A DNA stretch of 64,000 bases from Nitrospirota bacterium (lineage in GTDB: Bacteria; Nitrospirota; Thermodesulfovibrionia; Thermodesulfovibrionales; JdFR-86). Below the pieces are notes generated by a model that was given only the letters and a program-made list of their open reading frames with translations, was not told where the DNA came from and did not search any database. Shown in pieces: positions 1 to 8,396 of the stretch; the stretch's first letter is position 1; each line of letters begins with the position of its first letter. The position numbers and the translations under genes are program-made. Where the stretch lies: the NCBI GenBank assembly GCA_963721805.1, contig CAVRJY010000001.1, forward strand, positions 1,312,001-1,376,000, given 5' to 3'.

Positions 1-8
1 TGAGTAAA

Positions 9-93
9 CGGAGAGGGTGGGATTTGAACCCACGGTGAGTTACCCCACACACGATTTCCAGTCGTGCTCCTTCGGCCGCTCGGACACCTCTCC
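9..93 (-). tRNA. tRNA-Ser(GGA)
   Basis: Reverse complement GGAGAGGTGTCCGAGCGGCCGAAGGAGCACGACTGGAAATCGTG...GGTTCAAATCCCACCCTCTCCG: acceptor stem GGAGAGG/CCTCTCC, anticodon arm CACGA-CTGGAAA-TCGTG, long variable arm, T-loop GTTCAAATC; CCA not encoded. Confidence 0.95.
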
Positions 94-131
94 AAAAAAA
101 CCTGAAAAATCAATAAAAAGCTTAGACGTGA

Positions 132-162
132 ATTATATCATTTCCGCACGATGGTTTGTCAA
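132..162 (-). promoter_or_regulatory. sigma70-like promoter of tRNA-Ser
   Basis: Minus strand TTGACA (162-157) and extended -10 TGaTATAAT (to 132); 19 bp spacer, ~40 bp upstream of tRNA. Confidence 0.55.
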
Positions 163-257
163 AACGGGCCGAAAGCGGCTGCAATTCCGGGATACTGCGT
201 CGGTGAGAAGCTTGCCTCACTCATGACCGAATTGTTTAGGTAAGCTTTCTGCCCATA

Positions 258-1025
258 TCATGTTGATCCTATCTTAATAACATTGGCACTGTTCCGCGCC
301 GAATATGCTTGGCTATGGCTATAAAATAGACCATAGAAAATATTGATATTATATCTATCAAGCAATTGTTTTTTGATTTCTCTCACATGGTAATTTCCGC
401 CTCCTGACAACATTAAAGATGGTGCAATATGATATGGTTTTGTTTTTAATGTTTGTCCATCAAATACCTTAGGTTTTAATTCATTCAGAAGCCCAATAAA
501 GCTGAACAGTAGTTCTGGAAATGGGTTTAAGTTTTTCACTTCACAAAATGATTTGAGATTACTATTGTCTACATAGCAATATTTACGACTTCCAGAGAAG
601 AAATATTTTGGATCAGTCAAATTTGTTATTGTTCCTTGGTTAATAATAGATATGTCAGGAGTAACGTAAATACCAGAAGATCGTCCTGAAGCCACCGTTA
701 AATTATGATGAATCTCGAAAATATGATTTGTTACAGTACCTTTATAAGTATATGTTTTCTGCGCGGTGAAATAGGAAAAATTACTAGGATATCCTGCTGG
801 GCTAAGTTTATATTTAAACTTACCATCAATTAGGTTGTTGATGGTTATAGAATAACCATTATTGTCATAATGCTTAACGACACTGTTATAGGCTGACATC
901 TCAAAATAGTCACTAATACGCTCGGCGTGATTTGAAATCGTTGCAGCATGTGCGCTAAGGAAATTAGAAATCTCATACTGGAGAAGGCGGATATCCTTAA
1001 ACGGGGACTTTGGCTTCCTTGCCAT
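258..1025 (-). CDS. hypothetical protein, putative PD-(D/E)xK nuclease fold
   Basis: 255 aa AT-rich ORF; TPDISII...FCEVKN resembles PD...(D/E)xK catalytic spacing. Confidence 0.55.
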   Translation of the reverse strand: MARKPKSPFKDIRLLQYEISNFLSAHAATISNHAERISDYFEMSAYNSVVKHYDNNGYSITINNLIDGKFKYKLSPAGYPSNFSYFTAQKTYTYKGTVTNHIFEIHHNLTVASGRSSGIYVTPDISIINQGTITNLTDPKYFFSGSRKYCYVDNSNLKSFCEVKNLNPFPELLFSFIGLLNELKPKVFDGQTLKTKPYHIAPSLMLSGGGNYHVREIKKQLLDRYNINIFYGLFYSHSQAYSARNSANVIKIGST

Positions 1026-1026
1026 A

Positions 1027-1440
1027 TTACGCTAACCCATCTAAAGAGGTCTTAAGCTTATAGAGAAAAGTCTTCACATCTGAATAATCAAATATGTAAA
1101 TTGGTAGTCCGAATGTCCCAAGGATCCCATAAAAATCATTCGCCATTGACTGTAACGTGTCAGCCTCTGTTTTAGTGAGTTCGTTTTGTCCAAATTTAAT
1201 AATTTGGATAGGAGGCCTATCAGTTAATGATCTTGCACCTGATTCTAAATAGGCAATTACTCTATTGTAGAAAATAGACATAGCAATAAGAAGTTCTATC
1301 GATTCACGCTTTTTTATCCATTGATATTTTCTAGGATTATTCTTTAAGAGAAACGCTAACTCCTTCATCCTAAAGTCATACTCAAATATTAGCTGCCCAC
1401 GTAAATAATATGGTAGTCCTTTACAGAATTGTCTTATCAT
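1027..1440 (-). CDS. hypothetical protein
   Basis: 137 aa AT-rich ORF with GAGG upstream; stop abuts start of the 255 aa ORF. Confidence 0.65.
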   Translation of the reverse strand: MIRQFCKGLPYYLRGQLIFEYDFRMKELAFLLKNNPRKYQWIKKRESIELLIAMSIFYNRVIAYLESGARSLTDRPPIQIIKFGQNELTKTEADTLQSMANDFYGILGTFGLPIYIFDYSDVKTFLYKLKTSLDGLA

Positions 1441-1608
1441 GTATTATTGACCTCATAATAATAATTTACTGCTAACTCAAAACGTAGTCAACTACTTACC
1501 ACTCAAGCCGTTATTGTCACTATGAATTTTCCTAATGAGAGAACTGCATTTTCAGGTTTATCTCTGGTCGCCACTTAACCATGTATAGGCGGCATACCAC
1601 ACCTCCCC

Positions 1609-1662
1609 GGAACTGGTCAATAGGAACTGGTTCCCAGGAACCAGTTCCCATGGTACAGTTCC
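1609..1662. repeat. nested palindrome (REP-like)
   Basis: ggaactg...ggaactggttcc-ca-ggaaccagttcc...cagttcc. Confidence 0.7.
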
Positions 1663-1895
1663 GACTTCTTGGTTTATCATCGCGCATGAGTAATAGCAAT
1701 ATGACACATATCATGTTAGGATTTGGCGAAAAGGGACACAATGAAGGTGAGCGCAGAACGAGGAAGGGAAGGGCGATGAAAGGAACCATGACAGAGGGGC
1801 GGGGCTACAGGCACACAATGGCTTGCGGAACTGCCTTTGGCCGCCCGGCTCCGGCATCCGAACAAAACCCCGAAAAACCGGCCAAAACATCCGAA

Positions 1896-2219
1896 CATCC
1901 GAACAGGGGGCGCGGAAAGAAATGAGTATTGTCGCAGGGTTAGCCCCGGTTTTGACCCAAACATCCGAACGGAAAATGCAAAAACGCGCGCACACGCGCG
2001 CGAAATGCGTATATATGCCTATGACTGGCCCTCAAATCATGTCGTTGACCTTGGGGGCGCGGGGGTCCAGCGGCTGGGCCGCATCTAACCCCCGAAAGCG
2101 CGAGAAATCGTGTCAGACTAGGAACGGCGAGCAGACCGCCCGGAGGTGTACTGTGATGTACATTGAGGACGAGGCTTCGAGCCGTGACAACGTATCACGC
2201 GAGTTTCGCGCGCTTTCAT
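1896..2219 (+). repeat. structured non-coding repeat, copy A
   Basis: Colinear with reverse complement of 10971-11285; 3' part bounded by inverted repeats gaaagcgcg...cgcgctttc. Confidence 0.85.
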
Positions 2220-2225
2220 TTCCAC

Positions 2226-2262
2226 TTGACAAAAGGGTCGACCTAAGTTATAATTATTACAA
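2226..2262 (+). promoter_or_regulatory. consensus sigma70 promoter overlapped by Per-box-like operator
   Basis: TTGACA 2226-2231, 17 bp, TATAAT 2249-2254; TTATAATTATTACAA 2248-2262 is one mismatch from the Bacillus Per box TTATAATnATTATAA. Confidence 0.85.
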
Positions 2263-2263
2263 G

Positions 2264-2692
2264 ATGAGAGAGCTTCTAAACAAGACCGGGATGAAGAAAA
2301 CTCCGCAAAGACTTGCGATTCTGGAGTTCCTGAAGGGTAATACCAGCCACCCTTCGGCCGAGGACATCTATGCGGCCGTGGTGGTAAAGTACCCGTCGAT
2401 GTCATTCGCGACGGTCTACAACACGCTCAACAAGCTCCGCGAGCACAGAAGCCTGCTGGAGCTGACGATAGAGCCGGGCCGCAAGCGGTTCGACCCGAAC
2501 CCGGCCCCGCACAACCACATGATCTGTACTAAATGCGGCAGGATCGAGGACATACACGAAAGCTTCTCGCTCGAGCTGCCGCGCGACGCGATGCTGGGAT
2601 TCAGGCTCACGGGGACGCACGTGGATTTCTACGGCGTATGCCCCTCATGCGACGAAAACGATACCACCAAGGGAGGCCCGATATGTGCGTAG
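2264..2692 (+). CDS. perR: Fur-family regulator, PerR-like
   Basis: TPQRLAIL, HPSAEDIY, ATVYNTL, HNHMICTKCG, GVCPSC; upstream of rubrerythrin. The ORF-track start at 1823 is too far upstream (alternative ATG at 2291). Confidence 0.88.
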   Translation: MRELLNKTGMKKTPQRLAILEFLKGNTSHPSAEDIYAAVVVKYPSMSFATVYNTLNKLREHRSLLELTIEPGRKRFDPNPAPHNHMICTKCGRIEDIHESFSLELPRDAMLGFRLTGTHVDFYGVCPSCDENDTTKGGPICA

Positions 2693-3117
2693 ACCATCGA
2701 GTGATCTGCAAGTGCGCGACGAATTCCGTGAGCTTCAACTTCCGCGACAACGTGATGCCGGAAAACGTGATCAGGGCTCTGTACTGCCCGCGCTGCTCGT
2801 CTGACCTCGCGTTTGACCCCGAGAGCATGGTGCGCGACAACACCTGGGTGATCGACTACGACATGGAGGTCGCTGAGTTCATGAAGCCCAAACTCCCGGC
2901 CGCCCGGATCACGCCGGAGTTCATATTCGACAAAGGCTATGCCACCTGGCGCGGCGTGTATCCGGGCGACGAGGTCGACTCGGCGCGCGAGCGCGAGGAG
3001 ATAGTGAAGCTCGCCAAAACCGATCCGAAGCGGTACTTCACGGAGTTTAAGACGTGGGCGGTAACCCGTATGGAACGCCTCAAGAGCGAAGGATGGAGGA
3101 AGGCGAATGAAGCTTGA
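2683..3117 (+). CDS. Cys-containing hypothetical protein
   Basis: GGAGG SD, MCVDHRVICKC...YCPRC; overlaps perR stop. Confidence 0.75.
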   Translation: MCVDHRVICKCATNSVSFNFRDNVMPENVIRALYCPRCSSDLAFDPESMVRDNTWVIDYDMEVAEFMKPKLPAARITPEFIFDKGYATWRGVYPGDEVDSAREREEIVKLAKTDPKRYFTEFKTWAVTRMERLKSEGWRKANEA

Positions 3118-3271
3118 AACCTTCGGTGAGACAGAGTTTCTCGTGCTGGTAGGCGTGGTCACGTGCCCCCGCTGCGGCGAGGACGTCGAGATCTGGAACG
3201 AGGGCTACGCGGAGGCGGTCTGCGATTATTGCGATTACAGGGTGTTCAGGAAAGAGCGCATCGTCCACTAG
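3107..3271 (+). CDS. small zinc-ribbon/rubredoxin-like protein (54 aa, not in ORF track)
   Basis: Manual translation MKLETFGETEFLVLVGVVTCPRCGEDVEIWNEGYAEAVCDYCDYRVFRKERIVH; two CxxC; GGAGGA upstream. Confidence 0.7.
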   Translation: MKLETFGETEFLVLVGVVTCPRCGEDVEIWNEGYAEAVCDYCDYRVFRKERIVH

Positions 3272-3314
3272 GCGCGCGCCTGAGAGCTAATAAATACAAG
3301 GAGGAAGCAATCAT

Positions 3315-3809
3315 ATGTCGAATTCCGAAGACGGGTTGAAGGCGGCGTTCGCCGGAGAGTCTCAGGCCAACAGGAAGTACCTCGCGTTCGCAAAACAGGC
3401 GGACAAGGAAGGCCTCAAGCAGGTCGCGAAGCTGTTCAGGGCCGCCGCGGAGGCCGAGACCGTGCACGCGAACAACCACCTCAAGGAACTCAAGGGCGTG
3501 AAGTTTACGCGCGAGAACCTCGAGGCCGCGATAGCGGGCGAGACATACGAGTTCGAGAAGATGTACCCTGCCTTCATCGAGGCCGCGCGCGCAGAGGCGA
3601 ACGAGGGCGCGCTGAGGAGCTTTAACTTCGCAAACGAGGTCGAGAAGATACATGCCGCGCTCTATAAAAAGGCGCTGGCGGAGATTGGCAAGAACGCAGA
3701 GACCGATTACTACGTCTGCCAGGTCTGCGGCAACACGGTAGAGGGCGAGGCCCCGGACGTGTGCCCCATATGCGGCGCGAAGAAACAGGCTTTTAAAAAG
3801 ATGGATTAA
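3315..3809 (+). CDS. rbr: rubrerythrin
   Basis: AFAGESQANRKY, EAETVHA, GETYE, VEKIH diiron motifs; C-terminal CQVCG...CPICG. Confidence 0.95.
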   Translation: MSNSEDGLKAAFAGESQANRKYLAFAKQADKEGLKQVAKLFRAAAEAETVHANNHLKELKGVKFTRENLEAAIAGETYEFEKMYPAFIEAARAEANEGALRSFNFANEVEKIHAALYKKALAEIGKNAETDYYVCQVCGNTVEGEAPDVCPICGAKKQAFKKMD

Positions 3810-3859
3810 GCGGCATGGGGGCGACTCCCCTCGTTCCCGGCCGTTAATCATTTCTCTAC

Positions 3860-3900
3860 ACGGGGGGAGCCTTCCCCCATCCCCAAATGGCTCCCCCCGT
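3860..3900. terminator. GC hairpin between convergent genes
   Basis: acggggggagcc...ggctccccccgt. Confidence 0.5.
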
Positions 3901-3920
3901 CCCTCCCCCCTTAGGGGGCG

Positions 3921-4460
3921 CTATCTGCCTCGATAGGAGTCTGAGTGATCCCGGTGTTTGGTCCAGTTGTCGGCGTAGAGCCGCGCGAGCCCGGCGTTTT
4001 TGATCATCAGCAGGTTCTCTGCGTTGTTCGTCTCGGCCGCGAAGGTGAAGTTGAAGCTCCCGGTTATGACCGTCAGCCGGTCGATGACCATGACCTTGTT
4101 GTGCGCGATCTCGTGGGCGTCGTCGATATACGTCCTGATCCCGGCATGGGCGAGGAAGTCCAGCGACGAGTAGCGCTCGGTCCGGTTGCTCCTGTCGAGG
4201 ATCACCTCGACACGGAGCCCTCTCTTGCGGGCGTCGGCGAGTGCCTTCGCGATCTCGCGGCTGGTGAACGAGAAGGCCTGTACCAGGACCTCCGTGCGCG
4301 CGGCCTCGATCTCATGGACGATGTATCGCGTGCACCCGCCGCCGGGGCTGAAGCACACGCGCGCAGGGGTGTTGTTGAGCGTGAGGTCAGCGGGATAGGC
4401 CGCCGGAGGAAGACAGAGAAGCAGCGACAGCAGGGCGCATGCGGATATACGGTTCAGCAC
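3921..4460 (-). CDS. phospholipase D-family nuclease (Nuc-like), exported
   Basis: Signal peptide, FSPGGGC, single HNKVMVID...TGSFNF HKD motif. Confidence 0.9.
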   Translation of the reverse strand: MLNRISACALLSLLLCLPPAAYPADLTLNNTPARVCFSPGGGCTRYIVHEIEAARTEVLVQAFSFTSREIAKALADARKRGLRVEVILDRSNRTERYSSLDFLAHAGIRTYIDDAHEIAHNKVMVIDRLTVITGSFNFTFAAETNNAENLLMIKNAGLARLYADNWTKHRDHSDSYRGR

Positions 4461-4466
4461 GGGCGC

Positions 4467-4814
4467 TTATTTCTCATCGAGGTGGAACCTGTGCAGGAAG
4501 CGGTGATATACGGGGGCGAACAGTACGCCGACGAATGTCAGGAACGCGACCCCGCTGAAGAGTGCATAGAAGGCAGCGAAGAGCTTTCCGCCCTCTGATT
4601 CCAGATGGTCCACCGGGCCCATGCCGGTCAGGATCATCGAGGCGTTCAGGAACGAGTCGGTCCAGCCGAGGCCGCCCCAGACATGATACCCGAACATCCC
4701 GAGACCGAGCGAGAACCCCAGGATGAGGCACGAGAATCCCGCGTATCTCAATTGGCGGGCGGCGAAATCCCTCTTGCTCCGAAGCGGCTGGCTATGGTGT
4801 TCGAACATGTCCAC
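4467..4814 (-). CDS. small 2-TM ion-channel-like membrane protein
   Basis: TM - WTDSFLNASMILTGMGP pore-like segment - TM. Confidence 0.7.
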   Translation of the reverse strand: MDMFEHHSQPLRSKRDFAARQLRYAGFSCLILGFSLGLGMFGYHVWGGLGWTDSFLNASMILTGMGPVDHLESEGGKLFAAFYALFSGVAFLTFVGVLFAPVYHRFLHRFHLDEK

Positions 4815-4883
4815 CTCCGCGGCAATTGTAACACGCCTGAGACCGCGAGACGCAGACTGGGAAGGGCAGGATGCGGCCGGGCG

Positions 4884-5306
4884 CTATCTGGCGTTTGCCT
4901 TGAGCGCGGCGTCGAAGGTTGTGAGCTTTCCCTTGTGGAGCTTTATGAACTCAAGCGCGCCGGAGCGGCTCGCGAACGCGACCGTGCTGATGCTGCTCAT
5001 CACGGGAGGGGCGTCGCTGCCGATGACATAGTAAGCTGTCTTTGCGTCAGTGAGATCTGCCGAGAGGTAATCGGCCACCTTGATGTCCACGGCGCCGGAG
5101 GCGTGCTCGCTAACATATTTGGAGACGCAGGCGAAGCTGCAGAATTTAAGGGTCGAGTGGTCACTGGTCTCGATCACGAGACGGGTGTGCATGTTCTGGT
5201 CTATCCACATCCCGCATACCGCGCAGTCTTCGCGCCCGGGCCCCTCGGCGGCGAGGGACCCGGCCATGAGCATTATCGTTAGCAGCGTTATGGCAATCAC
5301 GCGCAT
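4884..5306 (-). CDS. NosL-family protein
   Basis: Signal peptide, CAVCGM, FCSFAC, AYYVIGSD. Confidence 0.8.
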   Translation of the reverse strand: MRVIAITLLTIMLMAGSLAAEGPGREDCAVCGMWIDQNMHTRLVIETSDHSTLKFCSFACVSKYVSEHASGAVDIKVADYLSADLTDAKTAYYVIGSDAPPVMSSISTVAFASRSGALEFIKLHKGKLTTFDAALKANAR

Positions 5307-5337
5307 CGGGCATTGTCCTGTCAGCGGGCGGGGAGTG

Positions 5338-5793
5338 TTATTTCCCCATTTTCATGCTCTCGGGTTCTTTGGCCCTGCGCTTGAGAGCATCCTTGAAGTC
5401 GAGGACCTTGCCGCCGAAGCCCTTTACGAACTTATGCGCCTCGTCCTTTTTCGCGAATGCTATCCAGCTCGGGGCGCACGCCGGCGTGGCCGAGCTGCCC
5501 ACGACGTAGTACATCTTGGCCGGGTCCGTCCACTCGCCGCTTATGAAGTCGCGAGCGCGTGCGGATTTAATCTTGTCCTTCTGCCCGGCCTGCACCCAGA
5601 GTCCGCAGTGCGGGCAGCAGTACATCGAGACCTTGCCGTCGGTGAAGGTGATCTCATATGCGGTGTTTTGGTTCTCGTCCATGTTCATCCCGCACTGGGC
5701 GCACTTGCCCATGTCCCCGGCGGCGAAGGCCGCGGTTGCGACGAACATCAGCGACACGGCGATCAGAAATGCTACGGCTAACTTCTTTCCCAT
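5338..5793 (-). CDS. NosL-family protein
   Basis: Signal peptide, CAQCGM, YCCPHC, YYVVGS, FVKGFGG. Confidence 0.8.
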   Translation of the reverse strand: MGKKLAVAFLIAVSLMFVATAAFAAGDMGKCAQCGMNMDENQNTAYEITFTDGKVSMYCCPHCGLWVQAGQKDKIKSARARDFISGEWTDPAKMYYVVGSSATPACAPSWIAFAKKDEAHKFVKGFGGKVLDFKDALKRRAKEPESMKMGK

Positions 5794-5980
5794 ATGCCCT
5801 CCTTAAAGTTCTGGTTATAAGACTTCACCCGATGGCTCATTATAGGGGAGGTTGCATGGGCTTGCAATAAGAATTTTAGAGATGGCATTGGCGGGGTTGG
5901 CCTGTCATGCGTTGAAGGTGCATGCCAGAGGCTGTTGCCTCTTGATAGCGCCGCGCATTTGGAAGTATCATGAAGTTATT

Positions 5981-6595
5981 ATGAGTGACCGCTTGAAATC
6001 CGGCCCCGATGGATTCCGGGCTATCCACGATGAATTCCGCGGGCGTATCCATCGGTATCTGTGCCGGATGGTCGGCGAGGCCGAGGCGGAAGACCTTACA
6101 CAGGAAGTGTTCATCAAGGTCGACAAGGCATTGCCCGCATTCCGGGACGAGTCTTCGGTCTCCACGTGGCTTTACAGGATCGCGACGAATGCAGCGCACG
6201 ATCACATGCGAAGCGCCTCCAGCCGGCACGAGTCGCTGCATGCTGAGTTGTCCGATATGGACGACGCCATGGCGAGCGAAGGATATGGCGGTGGCGCGCT
6301 CCACCTGGACGCAGCGTTGATTCGCAAGGACATGAATGACTGCATACGCGGCATCGTCGACAGCCTGCCGGAACCGTACAGGACGTCGCTCGTTCTGTGC
6401 GACATCGAGGGGCTGACGAACGCCGAGGTCGCCGAGGTTACGGGCATCTCCCTGGATTCCGTCAAGATAAGGCTCCATCGGGCTCGGACAAAGCTCCGAA
6501 TAGAAATGGAAAAGAAGTGTGTCTTCTACCGCGATTCTCGAAATGAACTGGCCTGCGACCGAAAACCTGTCAAGCTGAACCTCTCAGTAAAATAA
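5981..6595 (+). CDS. ECF RNA polymerase sigma factor
   Basis: AEDLTQEVFIKV, STWLYRIATN, region 4 EVAEVTGISLDSVKIRLHRAR; C-terminal CVFYRD...ACDRK tail; likely start MSDRLK. Confidence 0.9.
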   Translation: MSDRLKSGPDGFRAIHDEFRGRIHRYLCRMVGEAEAEDLTQEVFIKVDKALPAFRDESSVSTWLYRIATNAAHDHMRSASSRHESLHAELSDMDDAMASEGYGGGALHLDAALIRKDMNDCIRGIVDSLPEPYRTSLVLCDIEGLTNAEVAEVTGISLDSVKIRLHRARTKLRIEMEKKCVFYRDSRNELACDRKPVKLNLSVK

Positions 6596-6844
6596 TTGTA
6601 TCTTTTCCCTCCCGGCTGCGTTTGCAGTGTGTCACCATTATCGCTAGGCAAGGAATTCCACGCCAGGTAGATACCAAAGACGAGCAGGCCATTCGGCACA
6701 GGGCCTGGCATCCGTAAGGGTGGACACATGGTCCGGTTTGCCGGGCTTCCATGGCATTAAACATCGTAGATAAGTCCGGACGGATTCTTTCTGTTGCTTT
6801 TATACTATATATACTCTAAAATTATTCGTTTATGAGGAAACAGT

Positions 6845-8041
6845 TTGAAATATAAATTATTCGCGGCGGTCCGTTCCCTACGCACTGTGTCCATCGCAGC
6901 CATGATCGTAATTTGCTCTCTTATTGCCGTCTCGGCCTCGGCTGCGCAGAAGAGGCCCGCTGGCACCAAAGCCCCGGCACTCCCGGCCGGGAAGGGTGAG
7001 GTCTGGACATTCGGCGTAAACGATTCGGGTCAGTACGGCGATGGCTCGACGTTGAAAAAGGACAGGTTCGTCAAGGCGCTTGGCCTCGACGGCGTGGTCG
7101 ACCTCGCTGCAGGACAGAAACATGTCCTAGCACTGAAATCCGACGGGACCGTCTGGGCATGGGGATGGAACTTCAAGGGCCAGGTCGGCGACAACTTCAA
7201 CCCTAACGCTACCGAGCCTGTGGAGGTCACGGGGCTGAAGGACGTCGTCGCGGTTACCGCCGGGATGTATCATTCCGCAGCTCTCAAAAAAGACGGCACC
7301 GTATGGTGCTGGGGCAGAAACTACTACGGACAGCTCGGCAACCGCCAGGGCGGCAGCAGCAGGATGGACGACAGCGCGCTGCCCGTACAGGTCACCGGGC
7401 TGGGCGGCGTCGTGCAGATCGCGGCAGGATGGTATCACACCCTTGCGCTGACGAGGGATGGCAAGGTCTGGGCATGGGGCTGGAACTCCAAGGGACAGAT
7501 AGGCGTGACCAACTTGTACAAGGCGTCCCAGCCTGTCGAGGTTGCCGGCCTGAGTGATGTGACAAAGGTCGCGGCCGGGATGTACCATTCGCTCGCTATC
7601 ACGAAGGGCGGACAGGTGGTCGCCTGGGGCGCCAACGACCACGGCCAGCTGGGCGACGGGACGGACATCGACAGCAGCGTACCGGTCGAGGTGGCGGGGC
7701 TGACGGACGCGGTGGACATAGCCGGGGGCGTCCACCACAGTATCGCGCTTAAGCGGGACGGTTCGGTCTGGGGCTGGGGCGGCAACGACTACGGGCAGCT
7801 CGGTCCCGGATCGCTGAACGTCGCGGACGCGCCGGTCCGAATAACGACCCTGCCGTCGGGGATAATCGCGCTTACGGCCGGTGCGCATGACTCCTCGGCG
7901 CTCACGCGCGACGGCTCGCTCTGGATGTGGGGGTTGATCAACAACGGCACTCTCAGCATATCCGCGCCCAGGCGCATCAACGCGCCAGAGGGCATAACAA
8001 AGATATCCTCGGGATTGAATTTCATAACCGTGATCAGATGA
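6845..8041 (+). CDS. exported RCC1-repeat beta-propeller protein
   Basis: Repeated AAGxxHxLALKxDGxVWAWGxNxxGQLG units after a signal peptide. Confidence 0.9.
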   Translation: MKYKLFAAVRSLRTVSIAAMIVICSLIAVSASAAQKRPAGTKAPALPAGKGEVWTFGVNDSGQYGDGSTLKKDRFVKALGLDGVVDLAAGQKHVLALKSDGTVWAWGWNFKGQVGDNFNPNATEPVEVTGLKDVVAVTAGMYHSAALKKDGTVWCWGRNYYGQLGNRQGGSSRMDDSALPVQVTGLGGVVQIAAGWYHTLALTRDGKVWAWGWNSKGQIGVTNLYKASQPVEVAGLSDVTKVAAGMYHSLAITKGGQVVAWGANDHGQLGDGTDIDSSVPVEVAGLTDAVDIAGGVHHSIALKRDGSVWGWGGNDYGQLGPGSLNVADAPVRITTLPSGIIALTAGAHDSSALTRDGSLWMWGLINNGTLSISAPRRINAPEGITKISSGLNFITVIR

Positions 8042-8062
8042 TCGGAGGTTGCGCGGGCTGAG

Positions 8063-8314
8063 TCAGTGCGCTGTGGCGAGTGTCCCGGCGCCGTATGCGT
8101 GCAGCTCAGAGAACATGCGGCTCAGGCATGCGGGGCATATGCCGTGGGTCACCGCCCCGCGGGCATCGGCCGGGCCGAATCCCCAGCTTCCGTCATCGCC
8201 CCTGGTCCGCCTGCACCACGCGCATGCGGTGATGAACTCCTCCTGCCTGTCGATGAACCCTGCTGAAGCGTTCGCTCCGGCTGCCGGTGCACCTATGTTC
8301 CCTGTCTCGATCAC
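8063..8314 (-). CDS. small CAWC...HGICPxC metal-binding protein
   Basis: ITACAWCRRTR...VTHGICPAC. Confidence 0.6.
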   Translation of the reverse strand: MIETGNIGAPAAGANASAGFIDRQEEFITACAWCRRTRGDDGSWGFGPADARGAVTHGICPACLSRMFSELHAYGAGTLATAH

Positions 8315-8396
8315 GCCTATCTAATCGGCCAGGCGTGGGGGAAACTTTAATCCGAAGCGGCCTCAGGCGGCCATTATGCGCCTGCCTCGGGCCGCT

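Noticed and set aside
17..226. 69 aa ORF
   Set aside because: Antisense shadow of the tRNA
9..1440. Integrative element at tRNA-Ser
   Set aside because: The cassette lies 5' of the tRNA; no integrase and no duplicated tRNA 3' end seen
1532..2263. ORFs in this gap, and the 1823 start of the Fur ORF
   Set aside because: They overlap the non-coding repeat; the promoter at 2226-2254 places the real start downstream
4884..5793. N2O reduction (nos) cluster
   Set aside because: No nosZ, nosD, nosF or nosY in the window
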